A stretch of 61,727 nucleotides of DNA, filler included, from Choristocarpus tenellus KU-1152 (Eukaryota > Protista > Phaeophyceae), in assembly GCA_964200185.2 (NCBI GenBank). It is 9 parts of 9 records of this genome, joined end to end, with 100 filler letters (N's around TTAATTAATTAA, not from the genome) between each part and the next. Parts side by side here need not be neighbours in the genome. Positions count along the whole stretch, not along the records: positions 44,896 to 50,903 come from CAXNAD020009181.1; positions 51,004 to 54,997 come from CAXNAD020016764.1; positions 55,098 to 61,727 come from CAXNAD020007706.1; 6 more parts are not named here. One strand, given 5' to 3'. Numbering within the stretch: position 1 is the first letter of the stretch; every line of letters starts with the position of its first letter. Shown piece after piece: positions 50,407 through 61,727 of this stretch. Made by a program: the position numbers and the translations under genes. A model generated the notes under the pieces. The model made no database searches, was not told where the DNA came from, and saw only the letters and a list, made by a program, of their open reading frames with translations.

Positions 50407-53400
50407 GTTGCTGTGTAAGTCACGCGTGTGTGTGCTCACAGAAAGTCTGTAAAATACGTTAAAATATTTCTGGATTTTTTTTTTTTTTCTCGGTATTGCC
50501 ACACGAGTCAAACTTGGGCAGCGACCTACCCCGGACCAGTTTTTTGTAAGGAGTTCAGCCAATCACTTCATTTTTGTCCGTTTTGAAGTCGTGACGTTCG
50601 AAATTGCCATCGAGATGTTCCCCCGCGTTTTTCCGTTATTTGATCGGAACGTAGCTCCCGTTCCCCGAAGCCTGGACATTCGTGGATACAAACCTACAAA
50701 GGCTCTTGTCATACCCTTTCATTCTGTATGTATATTGTTGTATTGTTGTAGGACGAGCTTGTACGCGGCTGAATATTGCGGAGAACAAAGACACCGGTGG
50801 GGTTGGGTGGGGTCAAGGGGTGTTGATGGGGGGTTATAGTACAGCGATTTATGAGTGTTGGTTAATTGGAGGTAAAACCGTCTGAAGAAGGTGGTGCAGG
50901 GACNNNNNNNNNNNNNNNNNNNNNNNNNNNNNNNNNNNNNNNNNNNNTTAATTAATTAANNNNNNNNNNNNNNNNNNNNNNNNNNNNNNNNNNNNNNNNN
51001 NNNTATATATATATATAGGTAGCTCTGATGAAAAAGAAAACATTTTAATTTTCTTTTGTTTGTGATGTCTCGGCGAGAAAATACAGAGGGGGAGGCGAAG
51101 GGGGTGCCGTATGATGAGGTTGAGGTTGAAAAAAAAAAGCCTGCCATTTTGCTATTCTTGGTAGGCATGAACATTTTTGCGAAGCACAGCGGTACTTTTT
51201 ATTTTTATGGAACACTATTTGCTGCTTTTGCACAGACGAAAAAACCCTCTAGAGGGACAACTACCGCGATCCCCCCCCAAAAAAATTGTTCTTGGGTAAT
51301 TGAGCAGCTGGGTGGGTGTGGTCACTGTCACGCCATCCATGGCACAGTGGTGAGCTGTATCATCTCTTCAAATTACCTATAGAGTTGAATGCGAGGGGGG
51401 GTAATGTTGAGATTGTTACAACAAATATCCACTGTTTCGTGTCTTGCAATAACGGTTAATACGTTGATTTGCAAGGACCTCTCTTTTGGGGTGGGTGGGA
51501 GAGTTATTTGTGTGTGTGTGTGTGTTTTTTTGTGCACTTTCTAGATGGTCAACTTTCACACACACACACACACACACACCCTCCCAAAAAAAACGTCGTC
51601 CCTGGGTATCTGACTGACTGTTGCTGTGATTGTTATGATGTCCTAAACGACACAGTGGCAAGCTGTGGAATGTCTGCAAATAGCTACTACAATCTCTCCG
51701 CGAACCTTAGAGGAGCTTTTTAGTGACACAAAAAGACACATTTTGGGGGAGGCAGGGAGCTTTTTTGGTGGTCGCTTTTATGTACATTTACATAGTGACT
51801 CCAAAATAAATCCAGGACTTTACACTGGACCAAGTGCATGTGATGGTAATGAACTGCAGCCTGGCTCGGCAAGAACATTATTTTCAGGGTCGGATCAGGG
51901 TTGGGTCGTTGCCTGACTTGGTACAAGTATATATAGAAGACCTGGGCTGGATCCTTTGATGGACAGCCTTGTTGGGGCACCAAGCCTCAAGTCAGCTTGA
52001 GGGAGGTATATTTTGAAAGGACTGAACTGGGTATCAGGGTTAGGGTCGGGGCGGGCGGTTCACGCATGAGTTGTTTTAGGAATTTCCGCATTTCAAACCT
52101 GTGAATGCAGTGTTTCAGACGGGAGGTACGTTGTTTGCTCAAATCCTGTTGCCACAAATTTGTGTTAAGTGAAGAGCATGAAATATTTGATGTGTTCTGC
52201 CATTTTTTTTGCTCAATGCTAGATACACGAAGACAGATGTGCTCCAGTTTAGGGAAGTAAATACAAAAGTGGTAAGAGTTGGCGGTATGGTATGACTAAC
52301 TGTGGAAGAAACCAATGATCGTATTTATGAAGTATTGAATATATACCGTCAGTGGTATATGTGTATGTTGGAAGTATACCTTACAATGTCATACCAATTC
52401 GCCGATGCCCCCACTGTCTGGTTGATGGAAATCTCATATTTTTTCTTGAATAGCCACAATGCCTCCTAATGTTTTGGCTGTAGTTGCTTCCCTGGTCCAG
52501 TCTCTATCGTGTTTCCTCTTAAACCATTTGCAAGATGTGAGAAGGTGCGTCTGTGGTTTTAGGTATTGCACTTGATAAATGATATGATATCATTAGACTG
52601 TTTGCCCAGTCACATGTTTTCTGGAAGGCAGACATTTCTGCCTGGAATTCCTTCTGTTTGTGTCTCAGTTCCTTGAGCAGGTACATGCTAAGACACAAGT
52701 AAATCAGTCATTCTACCTTCTTGACGCACATACCACAAGCCAGATTGTTCTGTGTCTGGGAGGGGCTTGAAAGATTCCTGTCTGTCAGATAATTGTGCTA
52801 CAAATTCCATGTTGCTGTTGGGCAAGGATGGGTAACTAAAGTAATCGTGCAGGCTGCAATATCTTCTTGCCTTTCTGAACAGTCCTTAGAGGTGGCCTTC
52901 TTCCAACTCTCCGTAGTCTTACTCAGTCCCTCCAGCATACACGCGGGGAGATTTCTGTCTCAAGGCACCTAAGCACTTGGTTGTGGGAAAATGCTTGCGC
53001 ACCTCTCCCTAGTGATCCATGCTTCAGATCATCTCTGCGTGCCAGCCTGAATGTACTACCTTGTCCAGTTTGGACAACTTCTTTGGTCAGAACTGGAGAG
53101 GGCACCAGCACCTCGTCAGATATACTAGGATCTAGAAGTGTAGCCGCTGAACCTTGCTCATCTTCCCCACTCACTCTCATCAGGGGAGTGAATAAGCAAA
53201 TCCCCCTGCAGTTCCAGCTCAGCCAGGGTTCTGTTCCTAGACCATCGATCATATTCCCCTTCTAATGGACGATACTGTGCTGCACTTTTTTTTCATAAAT
53301 CTAGGAAGAATGTTACTTTCTTCGCTGTGAATTGGTCTTGCCCAGGCTGTGATCTTCCGTATCCACCGCAAGAACATTAAGAAAATTGTCACACTAGTCC

Positions 53401-53825
53401 TCTTTCCGTGAATTGCCACACTAGTACATTTTCAGAAGGAGCATGATCAGTGCTGCCTGCAGTTATGACGAGGTGTGTTTCCTCCATCATCCATTACGGG
53501 GATGATCCGATTGAAGATTCTGTTGTGCTCACCTTGGATGCATGCGGTGAAGTCTGTTAGGCCCAGGAATGAGAGCCGGAAATTGTCATTTAGACAGGGT
53601 CAACAAATTTTCAAAAGGCACACCTAATTGCCCATTTGTCTATCTAAACTGCAAATACTTGACTACTCTGCATTATTTTGGTAACTGGAAATCAGTGGTG
53701 GAAATTGCCTGCACTGGTTGAGGACAGGATTGTTTTGTAATTGGAAACCATTGGTGGAAATTGGCTGCATTGGTTAGTGAGTGGTAAAGTATAAAGTGGC
53801 CACAGAGTTGGTGTGTGGTGAGGAG

Positions 53826-54090
53826 TGTTACAGTATCCCCAAAATCATCAAAGAGGATAAAGGTGATAAACCCAGCGAAATTGCTTGGTGTCTGTAGAGT
53901 GATTGATTAAAGTTAGGTGGGGCATGCAATGCCCCATGATATCATAAATATTTCCTTTTGTATGAGAAAAATTATCATTCAACTGATCACTAGTAAAAGG
54001 TCCTGATAAGTCAACCACTAATTGATTGTTCCGTTACTCTGTAACTGTCCCTGTAACTGTCCGATAGAGTTGGAAGAGTCTAATCAAACA
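53826..54090. repeat. Solo LTR of the Copia family seen at 12076-12361
   Basis: TGTT...AACA ends, colinear with 12076-12344, flanks aggag/aggaa (5-bp TSD with one mismatch). Confidence 0.8.
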
Positions 54091-54963
54091 AGGAATGGAT
54101 GGAGTGGACACTAGCCTAAGAGGAGGTTAATTTATTTAATACAGAATTCGTGAGACAAGCAAAACATGTTTCAAAAGGACTGTCCCTTGGCTTGGTCCCA
54201 TCATGTTTACCCGGTCCAGTGGAAAGCCCTGGTTGTTGTTGCACCCTAAAATGCAAGATGGTGAGCTGTATAATCTCTGCAGGCAAAACCATTCTGATAT
54301 GTTTTTTTTTTCTTTTTTTCATGTGTTAGGAAATGTACAAGAGGTGAAGGGAAGGTGGTGTCATGGCGATAGGTAATGCTTCGAAGTACAAATTGATCAA
54401 TGCCTTGTGTGTATCTATAATTGCTAATATCCTTGTTGAGCAGCAGTTAGGAGATTTTTATATCGCACAAGGACTGCTTTTTGGGGTTGGGGTGGGAGGC
54501 CGTTTTGCGGTTTCGGCATGCAGTTTATTGATGTGCAACAATAGTGACCCAGGACTTCTCTTCGGTCTGGGAAAATACATCCGGACCAGTCCACTGCCTG
54601 CCCAGACCAGTTCCACCAACTATTGTAACCTGTGTGGTTCGTGGGGTGGACACATTTGAATACTTTCTGATATGTCTGCGCCACAGCTGTCAGAGATTGT
54701 ATCTGCCCAGACCATGGCAGGCCAACTACCGCATCAAACGCAGTTGATACAGAGCTGCCTGTCCATTCCCAATTGAACTTATTTTATTGACAAAGGAGAA
54801 CGTGGAAGATGTAGTACCTGTTGCTAGACATAAAGCGTCAGGTATACCTATCTATGTGTCATAATATAGATCGCCCTCCTTCACTTCTCCCTGTAATGTT
54901 GTATGATCGTTCTCTCTTTCCTTCATAATATAATTGTCCATATAGAAATAAGTCTGGAGTTGA

Positions 54964-55149
54964 GACCCAAAGTATCTGGGGGGGGGGGGGTCTACACNNN
55001 NNNNNNNNNNNNNNNNNNNNNNNNNNNNNNNNNNNNNNNNNTTAATTAATTAANNNNNNNNNNNNNNNNNNNNNNNNNNNNNNNNNNNNNNNNNNNNCGA
55101 AACGGACTCCCCCTCAAAAACCACCCCCCCCCCCAAGATACTTTGACCC
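54964..55149 (-). mobile_element. MITE family A ends on both sides of a spacer
   Basis: gacccaaagtatctggggg...tctacac [spacer] ...ccccccaagatactttgaccc. Other end fragments lie at 17452-17484 and 31364-31400. Confidence 0.75.
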
Positions 55150-55152
55150 TCG

Positions 55153-55815
55153 GTCCACCTCGTCTTCAGAGTCTTCTCTAACCCTCTTTTTCCTAATCAG
55201 GGTCCTTTTGCGCTTCCCTTTGTCCTTATTGGAAGGCTTCTTCGTCGGGGTTGTGTTACGATCAATATGTACACGGTTTTCGCTTCGCCTCACACTGTGG
55301 TTGTACACGTTCCCTGATAATTGTGACTCAGTTCCGCCGCTGTCCACCGAACAGGCGTTCGTGGATATCTCTGTGGCGCTCCTGACAGGCGTGTACTCCG
55401 AGTCCTCGCCTAGCCGCCCTCTCACATCCTCCGTGGGAAGCTCCTCTGGACCTGACAAGTCAAAACAAACGGGTCAGTCCACCTCGTCTTCAGAGTCTTC
55501 TCTAACCCTCTTTTTCCTAATCAGGGTCCTTTTGCCCTTCCCTTTGTCCTTCTTGGAACTCTTCTCCCTCGGAGTTGTGTTACGATCAATATGTACGCGG
55601 TCTTCACTTCACCTCACACTGTTGTCGTACACGTTCCCTGGTACTTGTGACTCAGTTTCGCCGCTGTCTACTGAACGGGCATTCGGGGACATCCCAGTGG
55701 CACTCTTGACAGGCGTGTACTCCGAGTCCTTGCCTAGCCACCCCCTCACGTCCTCCATAGGAATTTCTTCTGGGCCTGACAATTCGTTACAAACGGGTCT
55801 GCCCCCATCGCCTTC
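55153..55815. repeat. Direct tandem duplication, period 324 bp (108 codons), ~2 copies
   Basis: gtccacctcgtcttcagagtcttctctaaccctc starts at both 55153 and 55477. Confidence 0.95.
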
Positions 55816-58800
55816 AGAGTCGTGTTCCAGGGGGTGTGATTGTATGCCTCCCCCTTTCTAGACTCCTGCTTCCCGTACCTACTGCAGGGCTAGGTGATGG
55901 GTTATCTTGCTCCTCTTGAGCATCTGGTGTGTCGGGTCTCCCACAAGGTATGCTGGTGGATACACCACCAGCTACCGGTGTCTTCACCAATGAAAAACTA
56001 GTCAATGTGGAGAGATCGTCCTGCAGGAGTTTGATAAGATCCGGGTCGAGGTTGTCCCCGAGGGCGGTGCATGTGTCTTAGCATGTGACTTATCAAGGTC
56101 GTGCTCGGACGTCGATAGGTTCTCTGGCGTGATCAAAATGTTTGTGACGCGTGTTATCTCTGTAATGGAGGAGGAGTGGCAAAGGTTGTGACGAAGTGGG
56201 GTTAAAACGACGGGAGGAGTTGTTAGTGTTTGGAGGCAAGGGATGAGATAGAGGTTCGTGGGAAGGAGCACGCGGGGCAGGATGCAGAGGAGAATGCAGG
56301 GGCTGCGGAAAGGGTGGATAGATCAGAGTAGTGGCGCTTCATTGAAGGTGTGCCGATTATGCGAGCCCCCAGGACAGGGGGACGAATAGGGCTGGTAACA
56401 AAGGGTGAAGAGGAAGAGTACAGGACTAGCATGTAACCGCGACATAATTTCTCTCCTATTGCCGGGTTCTGACGATCGGTACAACATAGGAAAAGTACGA
56501 CACAGCCTGTACGGCGAGCAACTTCGCAACCTTTGAAAGAACGGGAGAACCCTGTGACAACGTTCGTTGTGTAACTGTCGAGCATCGATAGGATGGAAGA
56601 GAGTCTAGGTTGTGTGTTTGGTGTGGGGAAGGGTGCTTGGATGTTAAACCTATGGTGATGTCGTACAATGATGTAATTGCTTGCCTGTGTGTTCGTCACC
56701 GGTGTTCAGGGTAACGTCCTCAGAGTATTTGATGATGTCCAGGTATTTTGTGCCCTCCTCCACATCCTCCATCAACACGAGGTCTCTTTTCACCTGTGAA
56801 ATTTATGGGGTAGACTAATGTGCGCAATCCGGGCGTTTATTGTGAGATGGCTTTACATGACGAACTGAAATGCGGTCGATAGATGAAGTGATGAACTAAT
56901 ACAAGTTGAGTACCTTGTTGCTGAGGATGTACTTCTTGGTAGGAGGACCCTCTGCTGCAGACTCTCCTGGTGAATCGTCGGCGTAGGGGTCTATCCCGAG
57001 CCTGTCCTTCTCTTTCAAGTCCTTCATAACCTGAACTGCGACCTCCAGGACGGCCTCCCTGATGAGTATGTTCGTGGTGTGCATACATCTCAGGTATGCC
57101 AACCGCACCCTCCAGGGTTGCACTTCCCAATCCTCCTCCGAGTTGGCAGCAGACTCCGGGTCTGGATGGTCGACTCCAGGTCTATTTTTCTTCCCCTTTC
57201 CTCTTGTCTTCTTCTTTCCTTTGTCTTGGTCGGCTGGGGGACGTTTGTTCCGGACGCCCCTAAGAGTGTGGGATAACTGTCATGGAGAAGCACATGGGTG
57301 CTGAAACGGCGAGTGACATGGATGACACGGGTGTCTGCCTTGCAGGTTATGAACTAGGTGGTAAAGATTGCGGCTGTTGCAGGGTCAGGAGGGGGGTATA
57401 CGCATATACATCCATACGTTACTTCAATCGTCACAGTCAAAATCAACTTACCCATTCCTCTGGAAATGTATCCGTCCCGACAATATACATCAACACAAGC
57501 GTGTCAGTAGGCAATTTTTTGGCTGCCTGCTCTGAGAAGACATGCGCAGCCACTTCGACAATGTCGCGCCATCGATGACCTTGGGGAGTCTCCCCTCTCA
57601 GGATGGATAGTCCGACTCCAGCGAGAACATCAGTGCACATTCTAGCGAAATACTGCTCCTTGACCTCGTCCGTGAGCTACATGTACATCAAATGTGCGAC
57701 AGAGTGTGGTTAGGATACCCGTAAAGAACGAGCTTTGAGGATGTCGAGGAATTAAAATTGGTAGTGTATCTGCCAGGGATGGAAAAGCAGCGGATGCGCG
57801 TAGCGCATTGGGACCTTACGGGCATGGGGATCGCTGGAAATTGATCGCTCTACCGTTCGTCAGAACACGTCAATCCTTCAATTACTGTCTGCCCTATGTC
57901 AACTGTGCCGACATCGAGTGGAGACAAAATGATTGGGAACGTTTATCCCACCTTTGTCCTGTACATGTGCATGAACCCCCCGCTGTTCTTAAGGGAATCC
58001 ATGGCAGCGTCCGGGTTGGCATTCCACAGCACAGTGAACATGTAAACCGCTTTGAAGTCGAATTTTTCCTGGTCGGGTGCACGTTGGATGAGTGGAGGAT
58101 AAGGTAATGTGATCAGGACAGAAGAACGTGGGAGTGGGAGCGGGTTTGTTGGTTGATGGTGTGTGTCATATGGTCGATAGCATTACACATGTGTGAAACT
58201 TCAATTCAAACTCACAGTATTGGAAGGCAGGGGTTACTACTGTGTTGTTGGATTGTTATGATGGGGGGTATTTCATGTACTAATGTTAAAACGGGTGCAT
58301 CGCGCTTACACTTGATCCCTCGCACTTCTTGTGCTCTCTCCACACACCGAGAAGGATCTCCTCCAGTTCTTTTGCCTCAGTTGGAGGATAGCGAGAGGAA
58401 GAGAGGGGTGGGGTATGTTAGACCACCGACGCGGAATTAATATGGATATATTAGATGTTTTACAATCGTTTTACGAAACTTTTCCTGTTCAAGGAACCGT
58501 GAGAATCTCACCTTCTCCCGTGCATATGTAGACAAGGGTGGCGATCGCGTTGAAGAATTGGACGGAGGTCTGGTCTGTGAGTCTATTCACCCCGGCTTCC
58601 ATATGTGTGTCCTCCCAAGCTTCTTTAAGGAACGCCTTTATCTTAGCAGCTACCCTCCTCTTAATAGCCGTCTGTAACGTGGCGTCGTCACTCCGGAAAT
58701 CTACGTCACCTAGACAGTACTGGTTGCACTTGGTGACCAATGTCGCCATGCGCGTGCGACGATCAGAGTCTTCTTCCATTTCATTGACGTAAGGGTGGGA

Positions 58801-59546
58801 CCTGTCGCAACCGAAGTCGTGCCTATACTCCAGGATAGCGGCGACCCAGGACACCATCCAGTGGAATATGTGGAATATGTCGAGAAAGTTGGGCGCATGT
58901 GACTTACTGGACGCCACACTCTCTCCTATCGAAATGGATTCAGCCTTTTCGCGGCTGCAGTTCGGATAGATCTTCCACATGAAGCTCCTGTGATCGCTTA
59001 TCTGGAGGTTCGCTCCGACGTGCGAGGCCCATCGCGTTGTGACATGCGGCGGGAGCTTGATGCCAGCTGGGATATTTTCTTCGTGTGCGATGCAATGGAT
59101 TGTCCTCAGCACCATTATGCGTGGTTGTCCATTCAGAAAAATAAGAGGCTGTCGTCGTCATCTGTATCCCTCTCGTCGCCATTCTCGTCTACGTCCAGGT
59201 TGCCGTTGGTGATGTAGGTTGCAAGTAGTTCGCCATCAGGCACACTAGAGGGCACGTTCGCCCTGCGCATGTCGGCTTTGATGTCGCTTATGGTCTTCCA
59301 TCTGTAGCGCAAGGAATAAGGCTGTCCACTCAGGATACCCGTGAGCCTATCGGCAGCGACAACTGGGTCCGGCCCTAGCTTGGAGAACATAGACTCCACT
59401 CTATCGGTGTCCAGAAGGTTGGCATTATACCTCTGTGTCATGTAGGCAGACTTGCGAGGTCCATCGTGCAGGTCGCGCTGATGTTGGACGTTACAATGTA
59501 TGTGGTCTTTTGGTCTTCATCAGTTTTCGGGCCTTCAGCCGGTTGT
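55153..59546 (-). pseudogene. Multi-exon gene of unknown function, partly decayed, probably transposon-borne
   Basis: GT-AG-bounded coding-like blocks ~59546-58512, 58068-57952, 57676-57452, ~57338-56914 and 56793-~56700, then a low-complexity tail. Internal stops and phase conflicts; no recognisable domain. Confidence 0.55.
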
Positions 59547-59899
59547 CTGTGAAGACAGAGAGGAAATGTTGGGACAACGGAATCAGCAAAGACCAACGAT
59601 GTCCATGTAGGGGTGGATGCGACGGTTAGCCGAGCGCATGAAGGGTGTCTTTACATGAACAGTGGTGGACCATGTGGTTAATGATGACGCAGGATCTACA
59701 TGGAGTGCAGGGTTTGTATCCGTGCGTGGGCTATGCAAAGGAGATATGAAAAGAGCGTAGCGATTGCGTGGAAATGGGGACGGCGTCACGCTTTCCTGCG
59801 AGGTCACTATTTACCAAGAAATGTGAATCTGTTAACACAGTCGACTTGGGATGGATATGAATATGAATAATACGTACCAATATCGGACGCAACCTGGTG

Positions 59900-60525
59900 G
59901 GAATTTACGCGCAGATCGAGGTCAAATATAGCAGGGGCAATCATGCACAGGTTTGCACTTGACATAGGGCGGGCAATAGTGAGTGCATTTCATGCGTTCT
60001 GTCGAACGGGTGTAGACAATCAATATCCAAAGCGCGGCAATACCGTTGGGGTGTGTGTGTGTAGATTTGAAATGGTACTCCTGAGCAGGAACGCATTACG
60101 TCGAGTCTCAGAAGTGAAAGGTGAACGTGAAAGGGATTTACGTGCTGACCCGGGTTAGATGTATATAGGGCTACCGCGCGCAGGTTTGCGCTTGACACAA
60201 GGCTGATAATAATGAATGAATTTTATGTGTTCTGACGAACAGTAAAGATCATCGAATTCCAAAGCGCGGCAAGACGGTCGAGGGTGTGTGTGTCCATTTG
60301 AAGTTGTAACAACCTGAGCAGATAAACATAACGTCGAACCGAGAAAGTGATAGATGAAGATGAAAGGAATTTACGTGCTGACCCGGATTGGATATCGGGA
60401 GAGCAATCATGTGCAGGTTTGCGCTTGACACAAGGCTAATAATAATGAATGAATTTTATGTGTTTTGACGAACGGTAAAGGCCATCAAATTCCGTAGCAT
60501 GACAAAAACGGTTTGGGGGTGTAAA
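59900..60525. repeat. Tandem repeat, period 233 bp, ~2.6 diverged copies
   Basis: Anchor caggtttgc at 59948, 60181 and 60414. Confidence 0.9.
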
Positions 60526-60861
60526 TGTATATTTCCGATTTGGACCTTATCGGAAATGTTCCAATAGTATCGGATCCATTACACGAGCGTATCGAAGGTG
60601 TTACCGCGTCATTCTGGACGGACGGATGTCGTGGTGCGCGAAATTGCATCGTGGAATCTTCCTTCTATTTCGGATCAATTGTCTGATTACTCCCATCAAA
60701 AGTGACAACAACACATGTTCCAATTTCCGAAAAAGGTTTGGTCGAATTCGCTGTAACCCTTTCGTCTTGGAGCCTTTGAATTTATTCTATGACTACATTT
60801 TTGATCCGAGGTGAAATCTGTAAATAGCGGATTTGGATAAGTGTTGAAAATGTGGGTTATT

Positions 60862-61034
60862 GGCTCAAATTACCTGGGGGAGGTGGTGGCTGTCCATTTG
60901 GAGCTAAATTTTCATGTCGCGATTTTTGGGTGATTTGGTTCCATACGTTGGACGGTTAATGAAAGTGCACTTTTCCTGGTGTTGGTCCAAATGGACATTT
61001 TGGTGAAGACCCCCCCCCCCAGATACTTTGGGTC
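60862..61034 (+). mobile_element. MITE family A with 3-bp TSD ATT
   Basis: att|ggctcaaattacct ... agatactttgggtc|att. Confidence 0.9.
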
Positions 61035-61334
61035 ATTTATGTTTCTCGGGGCTAGGGTTAGTATCATGGGTGCTGGTCAAAATATGTTAGTGGTACGCCC
61101 GCGTTTATTTTGTGTTACCGAATTCGAATGTTGCTTTTTTGCTGTCATTCATGCCCTCCTTATTTCTTGGATATGTAACTAACCAAAATCCGAAAACACC
61201 TTTCCCATAGTGTACACATTGTACTTCTAAAACCATTTTTGGAGCAAAAGTACAAAGTCCTTCAAAACCTGTGGCCAGTGAAGTCCCAAAAGGACTGACA
61301 GGGAAAACTAGTGCCCTCTAACACAGAGCAGCGA

Positions 61335-61690
61335 ATCAAAAAATGCTTGAATCTCCACCATGGACAGGTGGTGTGCACACGGTTGGGAGCAGAAATAAAC
61401 ACAGGACATCGAATCTAAATATACAGGTATCACAACTGTGGAGAGGTGGTGTGTACACGGTTGGGACCACTAATAAAGACAGGGCATAGAATTTAAACAT
61501 GGTGATATCACCACCACCGTGGAGAGGAGGTGATGTGTGCACGGTTGGGACCACAAATAATTACAGGGCATCGAAAAAAAACCCGGTGATACCACTACCA
61601 TTGACAGGTGGTGTGCACACGGTTGGGGCCACAAATAATTACAGGGCATCGAATCTAAAAATGGTGATATAACCACGATGGACAGGTGGA
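61335..61690. repeat. Minisatellite, 78-84 bp unit, ~4.5 copies
   Basis: Anchor ggttggg at 61381, 61459, 61543 and 61621. Confidence 0.92.
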
Positions 61691-61727
61691 GCGGAAGAGC
61701 GTGGGGCAGGGAAAGAGTATAGAGCTC

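Noticed and set aside
55208-55861. 217-aa plus-strand ORF as a real gene
   Set aside because: It is the antisense shadow of the minus-strand 108-aa repeat, and splice signals in the region point to the minus strand.
61335-61690. CRISPR array
   Set aside because: Units are similar along their whole length with no unique spacers, there are no cas genes, and the context is eukaryotic.

Overview
Eukaryotic, intron-containing, transposon-rich draft-genome DNA. It is built from nine pieces joined by eight artificial 100-nt spacers (44 N + TTAATTAATTAA + 44 N), so neighbourhoods across spacers cannot be trusted. Three host genes are supported: (1) the last two exons of a DNMT1/MET1-type C5 cytosine methyltransferase (minus, 16545-17308, cut by a spacer); (2) a multi-exon kinesin most like kinesin-16/KIF12 (minus, 18128-24753); (3) head-to-head with it, an 8-exon OST3/OST6 (MAGT1/TUSC3-like) oligosaccharyltransferase subunit (plus, 25141-30496, 412 aa). 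Most of the rest is decayed mobile DNA: Copia and Gypsy LTR relics, LINE relics, DNA-transposase relics, many MITEs, and an unidentified spliced pseudogene with tandem repeats (55-61 kb). Two signals stand out. First, a related set of MITEs has bipartite ends (AAAGTATCT ... GTCCATTTGG) with an asymmetric spacer of about 16-19 nt at one end and 24-27 nt at the other, reminiscent of a 12/23-type rule. Second, DNMT1 co-occurs with clear CpG-to-TpG/CpA decay in repeats and gene bodies and a CpG-rich zone at the bidirectional promoter. A stramenopile (brown-alga-like) origin is my inference from protein and retroelement style and was not verified. All family assignments come from motif recognition by eye, not from database searches.
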